Part shown: positions 1 to 9,822 of the stretch, in pieces
Numbering within the stretch: the first letter of the stretch is position 1
Layout: each line of letters opens with the position of its first letter
Program-made: the position numbers and the translations under genes
Notes under the pieces: model-generated
Database searches by the model: none
What the model saw: the letters and a program-made list of their open reading frames with translations, nothing else
Told to the model about the DNA's origin: nothing
Source: Deltaproteobacteria bacterium
Lineage (GTDB): Bacteria > Myxococcota_A > UBA796 > JAFGLY01
Length of the DNA: 64,000 nt
Assembly (NCBI GenBank): GCA_016927815.1
Contig: JAFGLY010000114.1
Span: forward strand, 20,329-84,328
Reading direction: 5' to 3'

Positions 1-1
1 C

Positions 2-922
2 CCACGGCTCCGCCGCCTGTGGGGGGATCCCCCGTGGCGCCGCCACGTCCTTCGCTGCCTGACCAGCGGCGCCTACCTGGCCCGGACCTTCGAGGTCCAC
101 GCGCTCGAGACGCTCCTCAAGTGGCACGAGAAGGGTCGCGTGGACGACGCTCGGGCAACGCGCCTGCTCCTCCGACCCGGCCGGGTGTGGGCCGAGCGGA
201 TCCTGGTCGGCTGGCTGCCTAGGCGCCTGCATCGCGCCCTCGTGGATCCCGCCTGGCTCTGGGAGCGGATCCGGGAGGCGGTGCTCTTTCCCGTCCGGCT
301 CTACTTCCGCCCCGATTTCCGCGAGCAGTGGCTCCGGGACCAGGTGGACGCCGCCAAGGCCGAGGGCATGCTGGATCCGGCCGAGGAGGCCCGGATCCTG
401 GCCAGTATCGGGGACCCTTTCATCCAGACCTACTTGAAGTGCGTGGCCGTCCACGCGGCCACCCTGCCCGTCACGCAGGTGGTCTCGGTGCTCGTGGCGC
501 TCTGGTACGTGGTCTTCCGTGCGGCCACCTGGAACGAGGGCCTGGTGGTGGCCGGCGTGATCCTCGCGGTCTTCCAGGGCACCCCGATCTCCCCGGGATC
601 GCTCTTGCGCGGATCCTACGTCGTCTACCGGATGATCCGCGACCGAAACGTCCGGGACTACTGGGTGGCCGGGATCATCTCGTTCTGGCACTACGTGGGG
701 TACCTCGGCTTCCCCATCCAGATGGTGGCCCGCTTCCCGGGCCTGGCCCGGTTCCTGGGCGGCACCTGGGCCACGCGGATGGCGCACGTCGTACCGGTGT
801 TCGGCGAGCGTGGCGCGCTCCTCGAGCATTTCGTGTTCGACGCGTTCTTCAACCTCCCCCTCTCGATCGGGGCGTCCGTGCGCCGCTGGCGTACCGCGCG
901 ACGGGCGGTCCGGACCGCGTAG
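2..922 (+). CDS. Hypothetical membrane protein, 5'-partial
   Basis: Frame is open from base 2 (PRLRRLWGDPPW...) through the listed ORF 140..922. It has GC3-rich codons and several hydrophobic helices (VVSVLVALWYVVF, GLVVAGVILAVF). Confidence 0.75.
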   Translation, partial: PRLRRLWGDPPWRRHVLRCLTSGAYLARTFEVHALETLLKWHEKGRVDDARATRLLLRPGRVWAERILVGWLPRRLHRALVDPAWLWERIREAVLFPVRLYFRPDFREQWLRDQVDAAKAEGMLDPAEEARILASIGDPFIQTYLKCVAVHAATLPVTQVVSVLVALWYVVFRAATWNEGLVVAGVILAVFQGTPISPGSLLRGSYVVYRMIRDRNVRDYWVAGIISFWHYVGYLGFPIQMVARFPGLARFLGGTWATRMAHVVPVFGERGALLEHFVFDAFFNLPLSIGASVRRWRTARRAVRTA

Positions 923-2255
923 GCTCGACGGGCCGCGACCCCCTCCGTCGCCAGGCCAGGAGGAGGAGGCCGATCAGGAGCCCGACCCCGCCCTGCCGCA
1001 CGGGCGTGCCCGAGCAGCCGCAGGTGGTGCCTCCTCCAGGCTCGGGGCCGGGCGGGGGGTCGCTGTCGTCCGAGGAACCCGGGCCGGTGTCGTCGACCGG
1101 ACCCGTGTCGGTGTCCTCGGGGAGGGCATCGCCGCCGTCGATGCCGTCGCAGTCCTGGTCGATGCCGTCCACCGTGTCGTCCACGGCGTCCGGGTTGATC
1201 TCGGGATCGGTGTCGTCGCAGTCGCGCCCCCCCCGCTCGCTGGCGTAGTAGCCGTCGTCGTCCACATCGACCAGGTCTTCTCCGTCACAGTCCTGGTCGA
1301 TGCCGTCGTACGGGATCTCCGTAGCGCCCGGGTAGCTGTTGGGATCCTCGTCGTCGCAGTCCTCGGGGCAGGTCCCCGCGCTGGTCGGTCGGCCGAAGCC
1401 GTCGTCGTCGGCGTCGGTGCAGGGGTCGCAGGCATCGCCCAGGGTGTCGGAGTCGGCGTTCTCCTGGAGGGGGTTGTAGGTCTCCTCGCAGTTGTCGAGA
1501 TCGTCGCCCGTGCCGTCCCCGTCCTCGTCCACGTACGCGACCTGGAAGGTGCCGAACAAGGTAGGCGTGTTGACGGCGCCCAACCCGCCCGCGTCGTAGG
1601 CGTACAGGCCGGTCAGGCCCGGCCTCGACGGGTCCGGGTCGGTGGCCTCGAGGTAGAGGTCGGGCGAGGTGCTGCCCAGACTGTCCAGGTCGTCCCAGTA
1701 GGAAAAGGTGAGGGTGCCGTCGTCGAACGTGGCCTCGAAGCCCACGTGCGCCTCGACGAGGTAGGTCTCCTCCGTGGAGGCGAGCACCGTGGCCACGCCG
1801 CTCCGTACCTTCACGATCGCCGCGTACACGCCCTGGCTGGAGACCGGGTTGGATCCGATCTCGTAGGTCCCGGAGGCAGTCCGTCCTCCGGTGAGGAAGA
1901 AGAGGTAGAAATTCCGCGCGTCCTCGTGGTGCAGCACGAGGCCCACGCAGTCGTTGTCGTAGGTGAAAAAGGCCGTTCTCGCCACGACGTCGTCGTGGGT
2001 GTAGCCGCTCCGGACGAACCAGTTGTCCCGCGCCTGCCCCGATCCCCAGGAGCCGCCATTGGCGTCGGTGATGGGCTGGACGAAGTCGCGGTCCTCGTCG
2101 CTCCAGTGGTAGCCGTACCACAGGTCGGCCCAGTAGCCGCAGGTCCAGCCGTCCACGTCCACCATGGGGGTTCCATGGATCCAGTCGTCATAGGACCAGG
2201 CCTCCACCGGATCTGCATGGCCCAGCGAGCACAGGGCGAGGACCAGCGCGTTCAT
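849..2255 (-). CDS. Secreted protein with lectin-like domain, thrombospondin type-3-like and MopE-like Asp/Cys repeats, and MYXO-CTERM-like tail
   Basis: Signal peptide; DEDGDGTGDDLDNC and DSDTLGDACD repeats; DCDDxDP...PGAxE..YDGIDQDCDG repeats; C-terminal CGCSG-x-hydrophobic-RRRG. Confidence 0.85.
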   Translation of the reverse strand: MNALVLALCSLGHADPVEAWSYDDWIHGTPMVDVDGWTCGYWADLWYGYHWSDEDRDFVQPITDANGGSWGSGQARDNWFVRSGYTHDDVVARTAFFTYDNDCVGLVLHHEDARNFYLFFLTGGRTASGTYEIGSNPVSSQGVYAAIVKVRSGVATVLASTEETYLVEAHVGFEATFDDGTLTFSYWDDLDSLGSTSPDLYLEATDPDPSRPGLTGLYAYDAGGLGAVNTPTLFGTFQVAYVDEDGDGTGDDLDNCEETYNPLQENADSDTLGDACDPCTDADDDGFGRPTSAGTCPEDCDDEDPNSYPGATEIPYDGIDQDCDGEDLVDVDDDGYYASERGGRDCDDTDPEINPDAVDDTVDGIDQDCDGIDGGDALPEDTDTGPVDDTGPGSSDDSDPPPGPEPGGGTTCGCSGTPVRQGGVGLLIGLLLLAWRRRGSRPVEPTRSGPPVARYASGARTPRSRGGG

Positions 2256-2394
2256 CGTCTCCTCCGGGGGGCCTGCCGAGGATCACGGCGCATCTTGCAG
2301 AATACCACGGGGATGCGGGCTCGGTGGTCCCCGGCGGACATACCCCTCACGGGGGCCCCGAACGGGCCGGCCGTGTGGGAGCAGGGCCCGACCG

Positions 2395-2688
2395 CTACGG
2401 AGTGGGCGCGGGCGCGGCCTCGGGCGCGGCCTCGGGCGCGGCCTCGGGCACAGCCTCGGGCGCAGCCTCGGGCACAGCCGCTGCGGTCGGGACGAGGTCC
2501 GCGCCGCAGATGGGGCACTTGCCCGGCTGGGCCTGCCGCACCTCGGGGTGCGTCGGGCAGGTGTAGGTCACGGCCTGGGGCGGAGGCGCGACCTCGGGAG
2601 CAGGGGGGGGCGGGGGAACCGGCTCGGTGGGAGCGCCGCCACCGCAGGCGACGAGCACGAACGGGAGGAAGACGAGAAGGGCGCGCAT
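2395..2688 (-). CDS. Small lipoprotein with heavy-metal-binding domain and Pro/Ala/Glu tail
   Basis: Start re-called at MRALLVFLPFVLVAC (lipobox LVAC). Contains YTCPTHPEVRQAQPGKCPICGADLVP. Confidence 0.8.
   Translation of the reverse strand: MRALLVFLPFVLVACGGGAPTEPVPPPPPAPEVAPPPQAVTYTCPTHPEVRQAQPGKCPICGADLVPTAAAVPEAAPEAVPEAAPEAAPEAAPAPTP
2417..2476. repeat. Five tandem copies of a 12-bp unit GCCTCGGGC(G/A)C(G/A), coding PEA(A/V) on the minus strand
   Basis: Units start at 2417, 2429, 2441, 2453 and 2465. Confidence 0.9.
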
Positions 2689-2782
2689 GGCAGCTCCGTC
2701 AGGGGGAAGGCCCGCCCGACCGGACGGGTGGCCCGAGTGTACCGCACTTCGAGCGCCTTGCGTCAATCCGGGGTCGACACGC

Positions 2783-4249
2783 CTACCCCAGCTCGGCCAG
2801 AACCGCCTTGAGATAGGCGTAGAAGCGACCGACCGAAGGGATGGACACCCGCTCCGCGGGAGAGTGGACCCCGTACATGGTGGGTCCGATGGAGATCATG
2901 TCGAGTCCAGGGTACTTCTCGCCGACGAGGCCGCACTCGAGACCGGCATGCACCGCCTTGACCTCGGCAGGCCGACCCACCACCCGCTGGTGGACCTCGA
3001 GGGCGGTCTGGAGGAGCGGAGAGGCCAGGTTCGGCTGCCATCCCGGGTAGGAGGGCTCGAGCGCCACGCGGGCGCCGGCCAGCTCGTGGAGCGCCTTCAG
3101 CGAGTGGCGCACCGCCTCCAGGGCGCTGGACCGGGAGGAACGGGAGCAGTGCACCAGGACCACCTGGTCCTCCTCGGTGCGAATGACGCCCAGGTTGTTG
3201 GAGGTCTCGACCAGGCCGGGCACGTCCCGGCTCATGGCCAGCACGGTGGACGGGGTGGCCAGGATGGCCAGGACCAGTCGTTGGGACAGATCGCCGCCGA
3301 AGACGGACGTGCAGGTGCAGTCGGTCCGCTGCTCGAATCGGACCTCCAGGTCGGGATCGGTGCCGCTGAACTCGGTTTTCAGCCCCTTTTCCACGCGGGC
3401 CACGATGTCCGCCGTGCGGGACACGTCGGCGGCGTCGAGGCAGAGGCCGCAGCCGGCTTCGCGCGGGATGGCGTTGCGCTTGGATCCACCGTCGATGCGG
3501 GTGAGCCGGAGGTGCACGCCCTCTCCGAGGGCTGCGGCGAGCACCCTGCCCAGGGCCTTGAGGGCGTTGCAGCGGTTCTCGTGGATCTCGAGGCCCGAGT
3601 GGCCACCGATCAGACCCTTGACCTCGATGCGGCAGCAGACCCCTCCCGCGGGGAGCGGCTCCCGGACGATGGGGTAGTAGACGTTCACGTCGCCGCCGCC
3701 CGCGCAGCCCACGTAGACCGCGCCCTCCTCCTCGGTGTCGAGGTTGAGCATCCGCTTGCCGGTGAGGAACCCCGGCTCCAGGCCGAAGGCGCCCGTCATG
3801 CCGGTTTCCTCGTCCACGGTGAACAGGAGTTCGAGTGGACCGTGGACCGCGGTCGGATCCGAGGCCACCCCGAGCGCAGCGGCCACGCCGATGCCGTTGT
3901 CGGCTCCGAGCGTGGTGCCCACGGCCACGAGGTACTCACCGTCGAGCGCCACCTCGATGCCCTGGGTCTCGAAGTCGAACTCCACGTCGGCGTTCTTCTC
4001 GCAGACGATGTCCAGGTGCCCCTGGAGGATGGTGGTGCCCACGTGCTCCCGCCCCGGAGTGGCGGGTACGTGGATGAGCAGGTTGCCGGTCTCGTCGACC
4101 TGGGAGCCAAACCCGAGATCACGGGCGGCAGCCGCCACGGCCGCACGTACCGCAGCCTCCTTCCCGCTCCCGCGCGGGGTGGACCTCAGCAGATCGAAGT
4201 ACTTCCAGAGCACTGCGGGCTCGAGCCCGGCGGGGAACGGTCCGGCCAT
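2783..4249 (-). CDS. pepD: Aminoacyl-histidine dipeptidase (M20 family)
   Basis: Motifs ILQGHLDIVCEK, TTLGADNGIG, FTVDEETGMTGA, NLDTEE, GGHSG, HAGLECG, HSPAER. Confidence 0.93.
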   Translation of the reverse strand: MAGPFPAGLEPAVLWKYFDLLRSTPRGSGKEAAVRAAVAAAARDLGFGSQVDETGNLLIHVPATPGREHVGTTILQGHLDIVCEKNADVEFDFETQGIEVALDGEYLVAVGTTLGADNGIGVAAALGVASDPTAVHGPLELLFTVDEETGMTGAFGLEPGFLTGKRMLNLDTEEEGAVYVGCAGGGDVNVYYPIVREPLPAGGVCCRIEVKGLIGGHSGLEIHENRCNALKALGRVLAAALGEGVHLRLTRIDGGSKRNAIPREAGCGLCLDAADVSRTADIVARVEKGLKTEFSGTDPDLEVRFEQRTDCTCTSVFGGDLSQRLVLAILATPSTVLAMSRDVPGLVETSNNLGVIRTEEDQVVLVHCSRSSRSSALEAVRHSLKALHELAGARVALEPSYPGWQPNLASPLLQTALEVHQRVVGRPAEVKAVHAGLECGLVGEKYPGLDMISIGPTMYGVHSPAERVSIPSVGRFYAYLKAVLAELG

Positions 4250-4321
4250 GAGGCCTCCATGGGGAGCGAGGCTCCCGGGTACAGGGAAATGGGAAGGTAA
4301 CGCGAGCAGGGAGGCCCGGGC

Positions 4322-6136
4322 TCACGGGTCCGGCACCCCGATCGCCGAGGGGCTCGGAGCCCCGGCCAGGATCCTCACGACCCTTGGATCGCTGCCCACG
4401 TTCGGATCCGCAACGGCCACGGCCCGTGCCTCGTCCACGCGACCTGCCCGGACGAGAACCTCCACGTAGCGGACGCCGGCCTCGCTCCGGGGACCCGGCA
4501 CGCGGTATGCCGCGCCCTGGTGCAGGGCGGCTGCCGTCCAGTCCCCGCGCTGGGCCGCGATGCGGGCGGCGAGCACCCGGACCGGGTACGAGCCCGGGTA
4601 GGCGGCCACCACCGGAGCCAGCACTGCCTCCGCCTCCTCGGGCCGATCGAGCCGCCGGAGCGCCTCGGCCCACCAGCGACGCGCGTCGAGGTCCCTCGGA
4701 TCCAGAGCGACCGCCCGCTCGTAGAGCACCGCAGCTTCGGGAAGTTCGCCCGCGCTCGTGGCGTGGTTGCCCTTCAAGTGGAGGCACCAGGCCTCCTGGA
4801 ACGCCGTGCCCGGGTGGATGGGAAGCCAGGGCAGAATCGCGGCCAACCCCGCGGCCCCCCAGGCCACGCGCCACCGGCGGGCCTCGGTGCGTGCCACGAG
4901 GAGCCAGCCCGGCACCGCCGCCGCACCCAGCAGCAGGAAGGGCATGCCGATCACCCGGTACCGATCGCTTGGAAGAAACAGGACCTGGACACCGTGGAGC
5001 GCAAGCCAGAGCCAGGGCAGGACCCGCCCCGCCGCGCCGGCCCGACGCCACAGGACCACGAACCCGAGAACGCCGGAAGGAAAGGCCCACCACCAGCGGA
5101 CCGGCATCCACCCGATCCACCGGGTGGGCCCTTCGCGGGTGCGGCAGTCGAGATCCTCGTTGCGCGGGATCTCGCGCCGGTTCACGGACCAGAGCGCCTT
5201 TGTGGCGAGGCCCGTCGCGAACCCGCCGGGGGAGGCGAGGACCTCGTCGAGGGTGCGCCGCATCCAGTAGCGGTCGCGCTCGGGCAGCGAGCGGCGGTGA
5301 GGTTCGGCCTCCAACGCGAGGTCTCGGAACGCGAGTCCCGCCCTCGACAGAGCCGTCTCCCGCCATCTGGCGTTGTTGCCGAGGTACAGGTTGATCCCCG
5401 CGTTGTAGGACACCGGGGTCGGGGTGTGCCACCGTTCCCAGTTCCGGACAGCGGTGGGCAAAAGCCCGCACACCGTCCCCACGAGCAGGGCGGTGCACAG
5501 AACGATCCACCTGCGGAGAGAAGGACGAGGCCGATCCGCCAGCGGGGCCAGGGCCAGGATCGGCAGGAGCACCAGGATCGTGGCGTGGACCATGGCCCCC
5601 AGGCCCAGGAGGAGGCCCGCGACCAGGAGGCGTCCAGGTCCGGTCCCGCGGCCGGCCACGATCGCCAGCACCAGGATGAGGAACGTGGAGAGCGCCGGCG
5701 TGAGCACGTCGAGCTCGAAGAGCAGGGTGCGTGGGTAGAACGTCCAGAGGAGGGCGGCCGTCGGGCCCACGAGCGGAAGGCCGGCGGCCCGGCCGAGGCG
5801 CTTTCCGAGCCACAGGACGAGCACCGTGGAACCGGTGCCCAAGGCGAGGTTCGCGACGCGCGCCGCCGTGAGCGAGGGCCCGCCGGCCAGACCGAACACC
5901 CCGGCGAGGAACCACGGATACCCCGGAGGCTGGTAGAAGCCCTCTGCCGCGAAGGGGTCTTCTCCGGCAAAGATCTGGCGAGCCTGGTCCCAGTAGGTCC
6001 AGGCGTCCACCTGGGGCCAGAGGGCGAAGGAGGTCGACTCGAACGTCCACAGTCCGATCACCCTCAGGATGGCGGCGAGTCCGACCACGAGGAGGTCCAC
6101 CCACCAGAAGCGGCGATCGAGGCGGTCCGCGTCCAT
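4322..6136 (-). CDS. GT39/ArnT-like (GT-C) membrane glycosyltransferase with C-terminal TPR repeats
   Basis: Start re-called at MDADRLDRRFWW. Motifs VDAWTY, FYQPPGYPWFLA, NAGINLYLGNN, RYR; many TM helices; TPR-like tail (EAAVLYERAVALDP). Confidence 0.8.
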   Translation of the reverse strand: MDADRLDRRFWWVDLLVVGLAAILRVIGLWTFESTSFALWPQVDAWTYWDQARQIFAGEDPFAAEGFYQPPGYPWFLAGVFGLAGGPSLTAARVANLALGTGSTVLVLWLGKRLGRAAGLPLVGPTAALLWTFYPRTLLFELDVLTPALSTFLILVLAIVAGRGTGPGRLLVAGLLLGLGAMVHATILVLLPILALAPLADRPRPSLRRWIVLCTALLVGTVCGLLPTAVRNWERWHTPTPVSYNAGINLYLGNNARWRETALSRAGLAFRDLALEAEPHRRSLPERDRYWMRRTLDEVLASPGGFATGLATKALWSVNRREIPRNEDLDCRTREGPTRWIGWMPVRWWWAFPSGVLGFVVLWRRAGAAGRVLPWLWLALHGVQVLFLPSDRYRVIGMPFLLLGAAAVPGWLLVARTEARRWRVAWGAAGLAAILPWLPIHPGTAFQEAWCLHLKGNHATSAGELPEAAVLYERAVALDPRDLDARRWWAEALRRLDRPEEAEAVLAPVVAAYPGSYPVRVLAARIAAQRGDWTAAALHQGAAYRVPGPRSEAGVRYVEVLVRAGRVDEARAVAVADPNVGSDPRVVRILAGAPSPSAIGVPDP

Positions 6137-6346
6137 GACTGCACGTTTTCGGGGAGAAGGGCAGGATACCGGATCCGGGAGCGGGTCCGGTCGCCCGAGC
6201 CACAGGGGGAGGCTATCTTGAACCCCCGCCCGGCCGGAACTGCGCCGGTTCTCTGACCCCACGCACCTTCCCGGGCGCCTCGACGGGATACCCCCCTCCT
6301 GCCCGATCCGGGGCGCGCCGACCTCACCCTGGCTTCCGGAGACCTC

Positions 6347-7381
6347 ATGGTGGCACCCCGCGCAGACCTCGACTGGCCCCACCTGCCCTTCGCCTACCAG
6401 AAGACCGACTTCAACCTCCGGTACACGTTCCGGGACGGCCGATGGGACGCCGGTGTGCTCACCGGCGACGAGACCCTGCCCATCCACATCGCCGCCACCT
6501 GCCTGCACTACGGGCAGGAGGCCTTCGAGGGCCTCAAGGTCTTCGAGAGCCGGCAGGGCGAGGCCCTGGTGTTCCGCCTGGACGAGAACGCCCGACGCAT
6601 GGCCGGCTCCTGCCGGAAGATCCTCATGGAGCCTCCTCCCGAGGCGCTCTTCATCGAGGCCGTCGAGCGGGTCGTGCGCGCGAACCGTCGCTTCATCCCG
6701 CCCTACGGGTCGGGCGCGAGCCTGTACGTCCGACCGCTGGTCATCGGCAGCGGCCCGAGGGTCGGCGTGGCCCCCGCCGACGAGTACATGCTGGTCGTGT
6801 TCGTCACCCCGGTGGGCCCCTACTTCAAGACGGGGTTCAAGCCCATGCCCCTCGTGGTGGAGGAGGAGGTGGATCGAGCGGCGCCCCTGGGGGTCGGGGA
6901 CGTCAAGGTGGGCGGCAACTACGCAGCCGGGATGCGGGCCTCGTACGGCGCCAAGCAGCGTGGCTACAGCGAGGTCCTCTACCTGGACGCCAAGGAGAAG
7001 CAGTACATCGACGAGTCGGGGCCGGCCAACTTCTACGGGATCAGCCCCGAGGGCCAGTACGTCACACCCGCGAGCGGGTCCATCCTGCCCTCCATCACGA
7101 ACAAGTGCCTGATCACGTTGGCCGAACAGATGGGCCTGCGTCCCGAGCGGCGGCCGGTCCACGTGGAGGAGATCTTCACCTTCACCGAGGCGGGCTGCTG
7201 CGGCACGGCCGCGGTCATCACACCGGTGGCCTCCATCACGTGGGGCGACCGCAAGGTGACCTACGGCGACGGCCAGACCCCGGGGCCGCACTCCACCGCG
7301 CTCTACCGACGCCTCACGGCCATCCAGGCGGGGGATGCCCCGGACGAGTGGGGATGGGTCCGCCGGATCCCGCTCGACTGA
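6347..7381 (+). CDS. ilvE: Branched-chain amino acid aminotransferase
   Basis: Motifs LHYGQEAFEGLK, LYVRP, KVGGNYAA (PLP lysine), ILPSITN, CGTAAVITPV. Confidence 0.95.
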   Translation: MVAPRADLDWPHLPFAYQKTDFNLRYTFRDGRWDAGVLTGDETLPIHIAATCLHYGQEAFEGLKVFESRQGEALVFRLDENARRMAGSCRKILMEPPPEALFIEAVERVVRANRRFIPPYGSGASLYVRPLVIGSGPRVGVAPADEYMLVVFVTPVGPYFKTGFKPMPLVVEEEVDRAAPLGVGDVKVGGNYAAGMRASYGAKQRGYSEVLYLDAKEKQYIDESGPANFYGISPEGQYVTPASGSILPSITNKCLITLAEQMGLRPERRPVHVEEIFTFTEAGCCGTAAVITPVASITWGDRKVTYGDGQTPGPHSTALYRRLTAIQAGDAPDEWGWVRRIPLD

Positions 7382-7415
7382 CCCCCGTGGCCGGGTCCTG
7401 CCGGAGGATCGCCGC

Positions 7416-8399
7416 ATGACGCCCTGCCTCGAGACCCTGCTCCTCATCGCCCTGCCCGCCTCCGGCAAGTCCGAGGTCCGGCGGTACCTGCTCCACCTTC
7501 CCCGCGAGCGACGGATCGAGGCGTTCCACGTCGCCGACACCGTCCAGCTCGACGACTTTCCCTACGTCCACTTCCTCAGGCGCACGGACGAGGAGCTGGT
7601 CCGGCTCGGCCAGGCCCGCCGGTTCTACCACGGCCCCAACGCCCGCTTCCAGGTGCTCACCGACTGGGGTCTGCTGCTGCACCTCGTGAACGACGACTAC
7701 GCGGTGCTGGCCGATCCCTCGAGGCCCTCCCCGCCCAGGGAGGCCCAGGCTCTGTTCGAGCGGATCGATGCAGCCCGACGGAGGACGGACGGACCCGTGG
7801 TCTTCGAGGGCATGGATCGGGGCCTGCGAAGGGACCTGTCCGACGCGCTGGGGGACGATGCCGGTCGCCTCGTGGACGAGCTGTTCGGCCAGCGCCCCGC
7901 CACCCTCGCCGGCCGCACCGTGGTGATCGAGTTCGCCCGCGGCGGCCCCGAGGGCGCGACCCTGCCGCTCTCCAAGCCCTACGGCTACCGCTGGAACCTC
8001 TCCAACCTCTCCCCGGAGATCCTCGAGCGGGCGGCCGTGCTCTACATCTGGGTGACCCCGGAGGAGTCCCGCCGCAAGAACCTCGACCGGGCCGATCCGG
8101 ACGACCCGGGCTCCAGCCTCCACCACAGCGCGCCCGAGTCGGTGATGCACAACGACTACGGCTCCTGCGACGTCGCCTGGCTGGTCGAGCACGCCGACCA
8201 CCCCGACACCATCCGCATCGAGGCCCACGGCCGGGTCTACCACCTGCCCATTGCCCGGTTCGACAACCGCGTGGACAAGACCTCGTTCCTGCGCGGCGAT
8301 CCCGGCTCCTGGGACGAGGTCCGGGTCCGCGCCCTCCACGAGGCGCTCGCCGGACCCATGGCCCGGCTCTGGGCCGCGTACCGGGCGCAGGGGGGATAG
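7416..8399 (+). CDS. Uncharacterised P-loop protein with NMP-kinase-like topology
   Basis: N-terminal Walker A-like LLIALPASGKSE, then VVIEFARG and AVLYIWVTPEESRRKN. Start re-called at MTPCLE. Confidence 0.7.
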   Translation: MTPCLETLLLIALPASGKSEVRRYLLHLPRERRIEAFHVADTVQLDDFPYVHFLRRTDEELVRLGQARRFYHGPNARFQVLTDWGLLLHLVNDDYAVLADPSRPSPPREAQALFERIDAARRRTDGPVVFEGMDRGLRRDLSDALGDDAGRLVDELFGQRPATLAGRTVVIEFARGGPEGATLPLSKPYGYRWNLSNLSPEILERAAVLYIWVTPEESRRKNLDRADPDDPGSSLHHSAPESVMHNDYGSCDVAWLVEHADHPDTIRIEAHGRVYHLPIARFDNRVDKTSFLRGDPGSWDEVRVRALHEALAGPMARLWAAYRAQGG

Positions 8400-8536
8400 G
8401 CGGCAGCGCCGGGCCGCGTCCGTGCCCGCGTCCGTGCGGTGGACGATTCCTGCCGGTCGCGTTCCCCGAAGCGTGGAGCGGGGATCCTGTGTATCCGCGC
8501 GCCGTCCTGGGGCGTACGAGGGTAGAGGAGAGCGCC

Positions 8537-9145
8537 ATGCTCCCACCGATGCATGCCGACGCGGCGGATCCCGGAGCCCTCCCCGACCTGCAGCGAAGGT
8601 TCGCGGACGGGGACACCGAGGCGTTCGGTGCGCTCGTCGGCCCGCACCTCGACCTGCTCTACACCGTCTGCCTGCGCATGATGGGCAGTCCTGCGGAGGC
8701 TGAGGACGTGGCGCAGGAGGCCCTGTGCCGCGCCCTGGACCGGTGCCGATCCTACGATCCCGCGCGACCGTTCCGGCCCTGGCTGCTCACGATCGCGCTC
8801 AACGAGTGCCGCAGCCGCCTGCGCTCGACCTGGTGGCGCCGGGTCCTCGGCCTCGACGCCCGGCAGGAGGAGCCCGCGGGCGAGGGGCGGGGTGCCGAGG
8901 GCCGCGACCTGGATCGCAAGGTGCGCGCCGCGCTCGCGACCCTGCCCCCCCTGTACCGGGAGGCGGTCGCGCTCTTTCACCTCGACGACCTCTCGTACGA
9001 GGAGATGGCCACGGCGAGCGAGGCCAGCGTGCCCGCACTCAAGCAGCGGGTGCGCCGGGGCCTCGTGCTGCTCGAGGAGGCAGTGGCCCGCCTGTATCCG
9101 GACCTCCTCGAGATGCGTACCGTGAGCAGGAGGTACGAACCATGA
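8537..9145 (+). CDS. ECF-type sigma-70 factor
   Basis: Motifs GDTEAFGALV, AEDVAQE, FRPWLLTIALN, LPPLYREAVALF..DDLSYEEMA. GAGGAG RBS precedes ATG 8537. Confidence 0.92.
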   Translation: MLPPMHADAADPGALPDLQRRFADGDTEAFGALVGPHLDLLYTVCLRMMGSPAEAEDVAQEALCRALDRCRSYDPARPFRPWLLTIALNECRSRLRSTWWRRVLGLDARQEEPAGEGRGAEGRDLDRKVRAALATLPPLYREAVALFHLDDLSYEEMATASEASVPALKQRVRRGLVLLEEAVARLYPDLLEMRTVSRRYEP

Positions 9146-9813
9146 ACCGCATTCCCTGGATCGTCGTCGTGCTGGCCGCTGGCCTCTCCACCGAGGCCCT
9201 GGCCGGCGAACCCCTGCCCGCCCGCGTGCAGGAAACCGTCCGTCAGGCCGAGGCCGCCGGGCTGCCGGCCGGGCCGTTCGAGGCCAAGGCCCAGGAGGGT
9301 CTCGCCAAGGGCGTGCCCGAGGATCGCGTCGAAGCCCTGCTCCTGCAGATGCGGGAGCGGATGCGCGAGGCCGACCGGGCCCTGGGCGAACTCGCCCGCG
9401 GCTCGGACCGCGCCGAGCTGCTCCAGGCCGCCACCCGAGCCCGCACCGCAGGAGCCAGCGGCGAGGGCCTCGCCGAGGCGGCCCGGCACACGCACCGCGT
9501 GGCTGCGATGTGGTGCCTGGGCGATCTCTTGGGGGCAGGCGTCGGAGAGCGCGAGGCTCTCCGTCTCGTGACCCAGGCCTCCCAGGAAGGAGACCCGGCC
9601 GGAAGGTACCGGGAGATGGTGGCGGCCATGCAGCGGATGCAGGGCCTGGGCATGGGTCCGGCCGCGGCCGCCCACCAGATGTCCCAGACCATGGCCCGCG
9701 GCCAGCCGCCGCTCGCGGCGGTGCCCGAGCAGGCGGGCGGCCCTGCGCGCTCCGGCGGGGACGCCGACCACGGCGCCGGCCAGGGTGGCGGGTCCGAGGG
9801 CCAGGGGAACTAG
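9142..9813 (+). CDS. Secreted alpha-helical hypothetical protein
   Basis: ATGA overlap with the sigma stop; signal peptide MNRIPWIVVVLAAGLSTEALA; motif KAQEGLAKGV. Confidence 0.75.
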   Translation: MNRIPWIVVVLAAGLSTEALAGEPLPARVQETVRQAEAAGLPAGPFEAKAQEGLAKGVPEDRVEALLLQMRERMREADRALGELARGSDRAELLQAATRARTAGASGEGLAEAARHTHRVAAMWCLGDLLGAGVGEREALRLVTQASQEGDPAGRYREMVAAMQRMQGLGMGPAAAAHQMSQTMARGQPPLAAVPEQAGGPARSGGDADHGAGQGGGSEGQGN

Positions 9814-9822
9814 GAGGTCGTC

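Noticed and set aside
849-922. 74-nt convergent overlap here, with an equal-length overlap at 16268-16341, both involving MYXO-CTERM-like genes
   Set aside because: Most simply explained by stop-codon scarcity extending low-constraint tails. The two overlaps share no obvious sequence, so the equal length looks coincidental.
2417-2476. Tandem repeat considered as a CRISPR array or iteron set
   Set aside because: The 12-bp units have no spacers, lie in frame within a coding tail, and no cas genes are present.
4322-7540. Apparent 1072-aa protein
   Set aside because: The N-terminal half is antisense to ilvE; the real gene starts near 6136.
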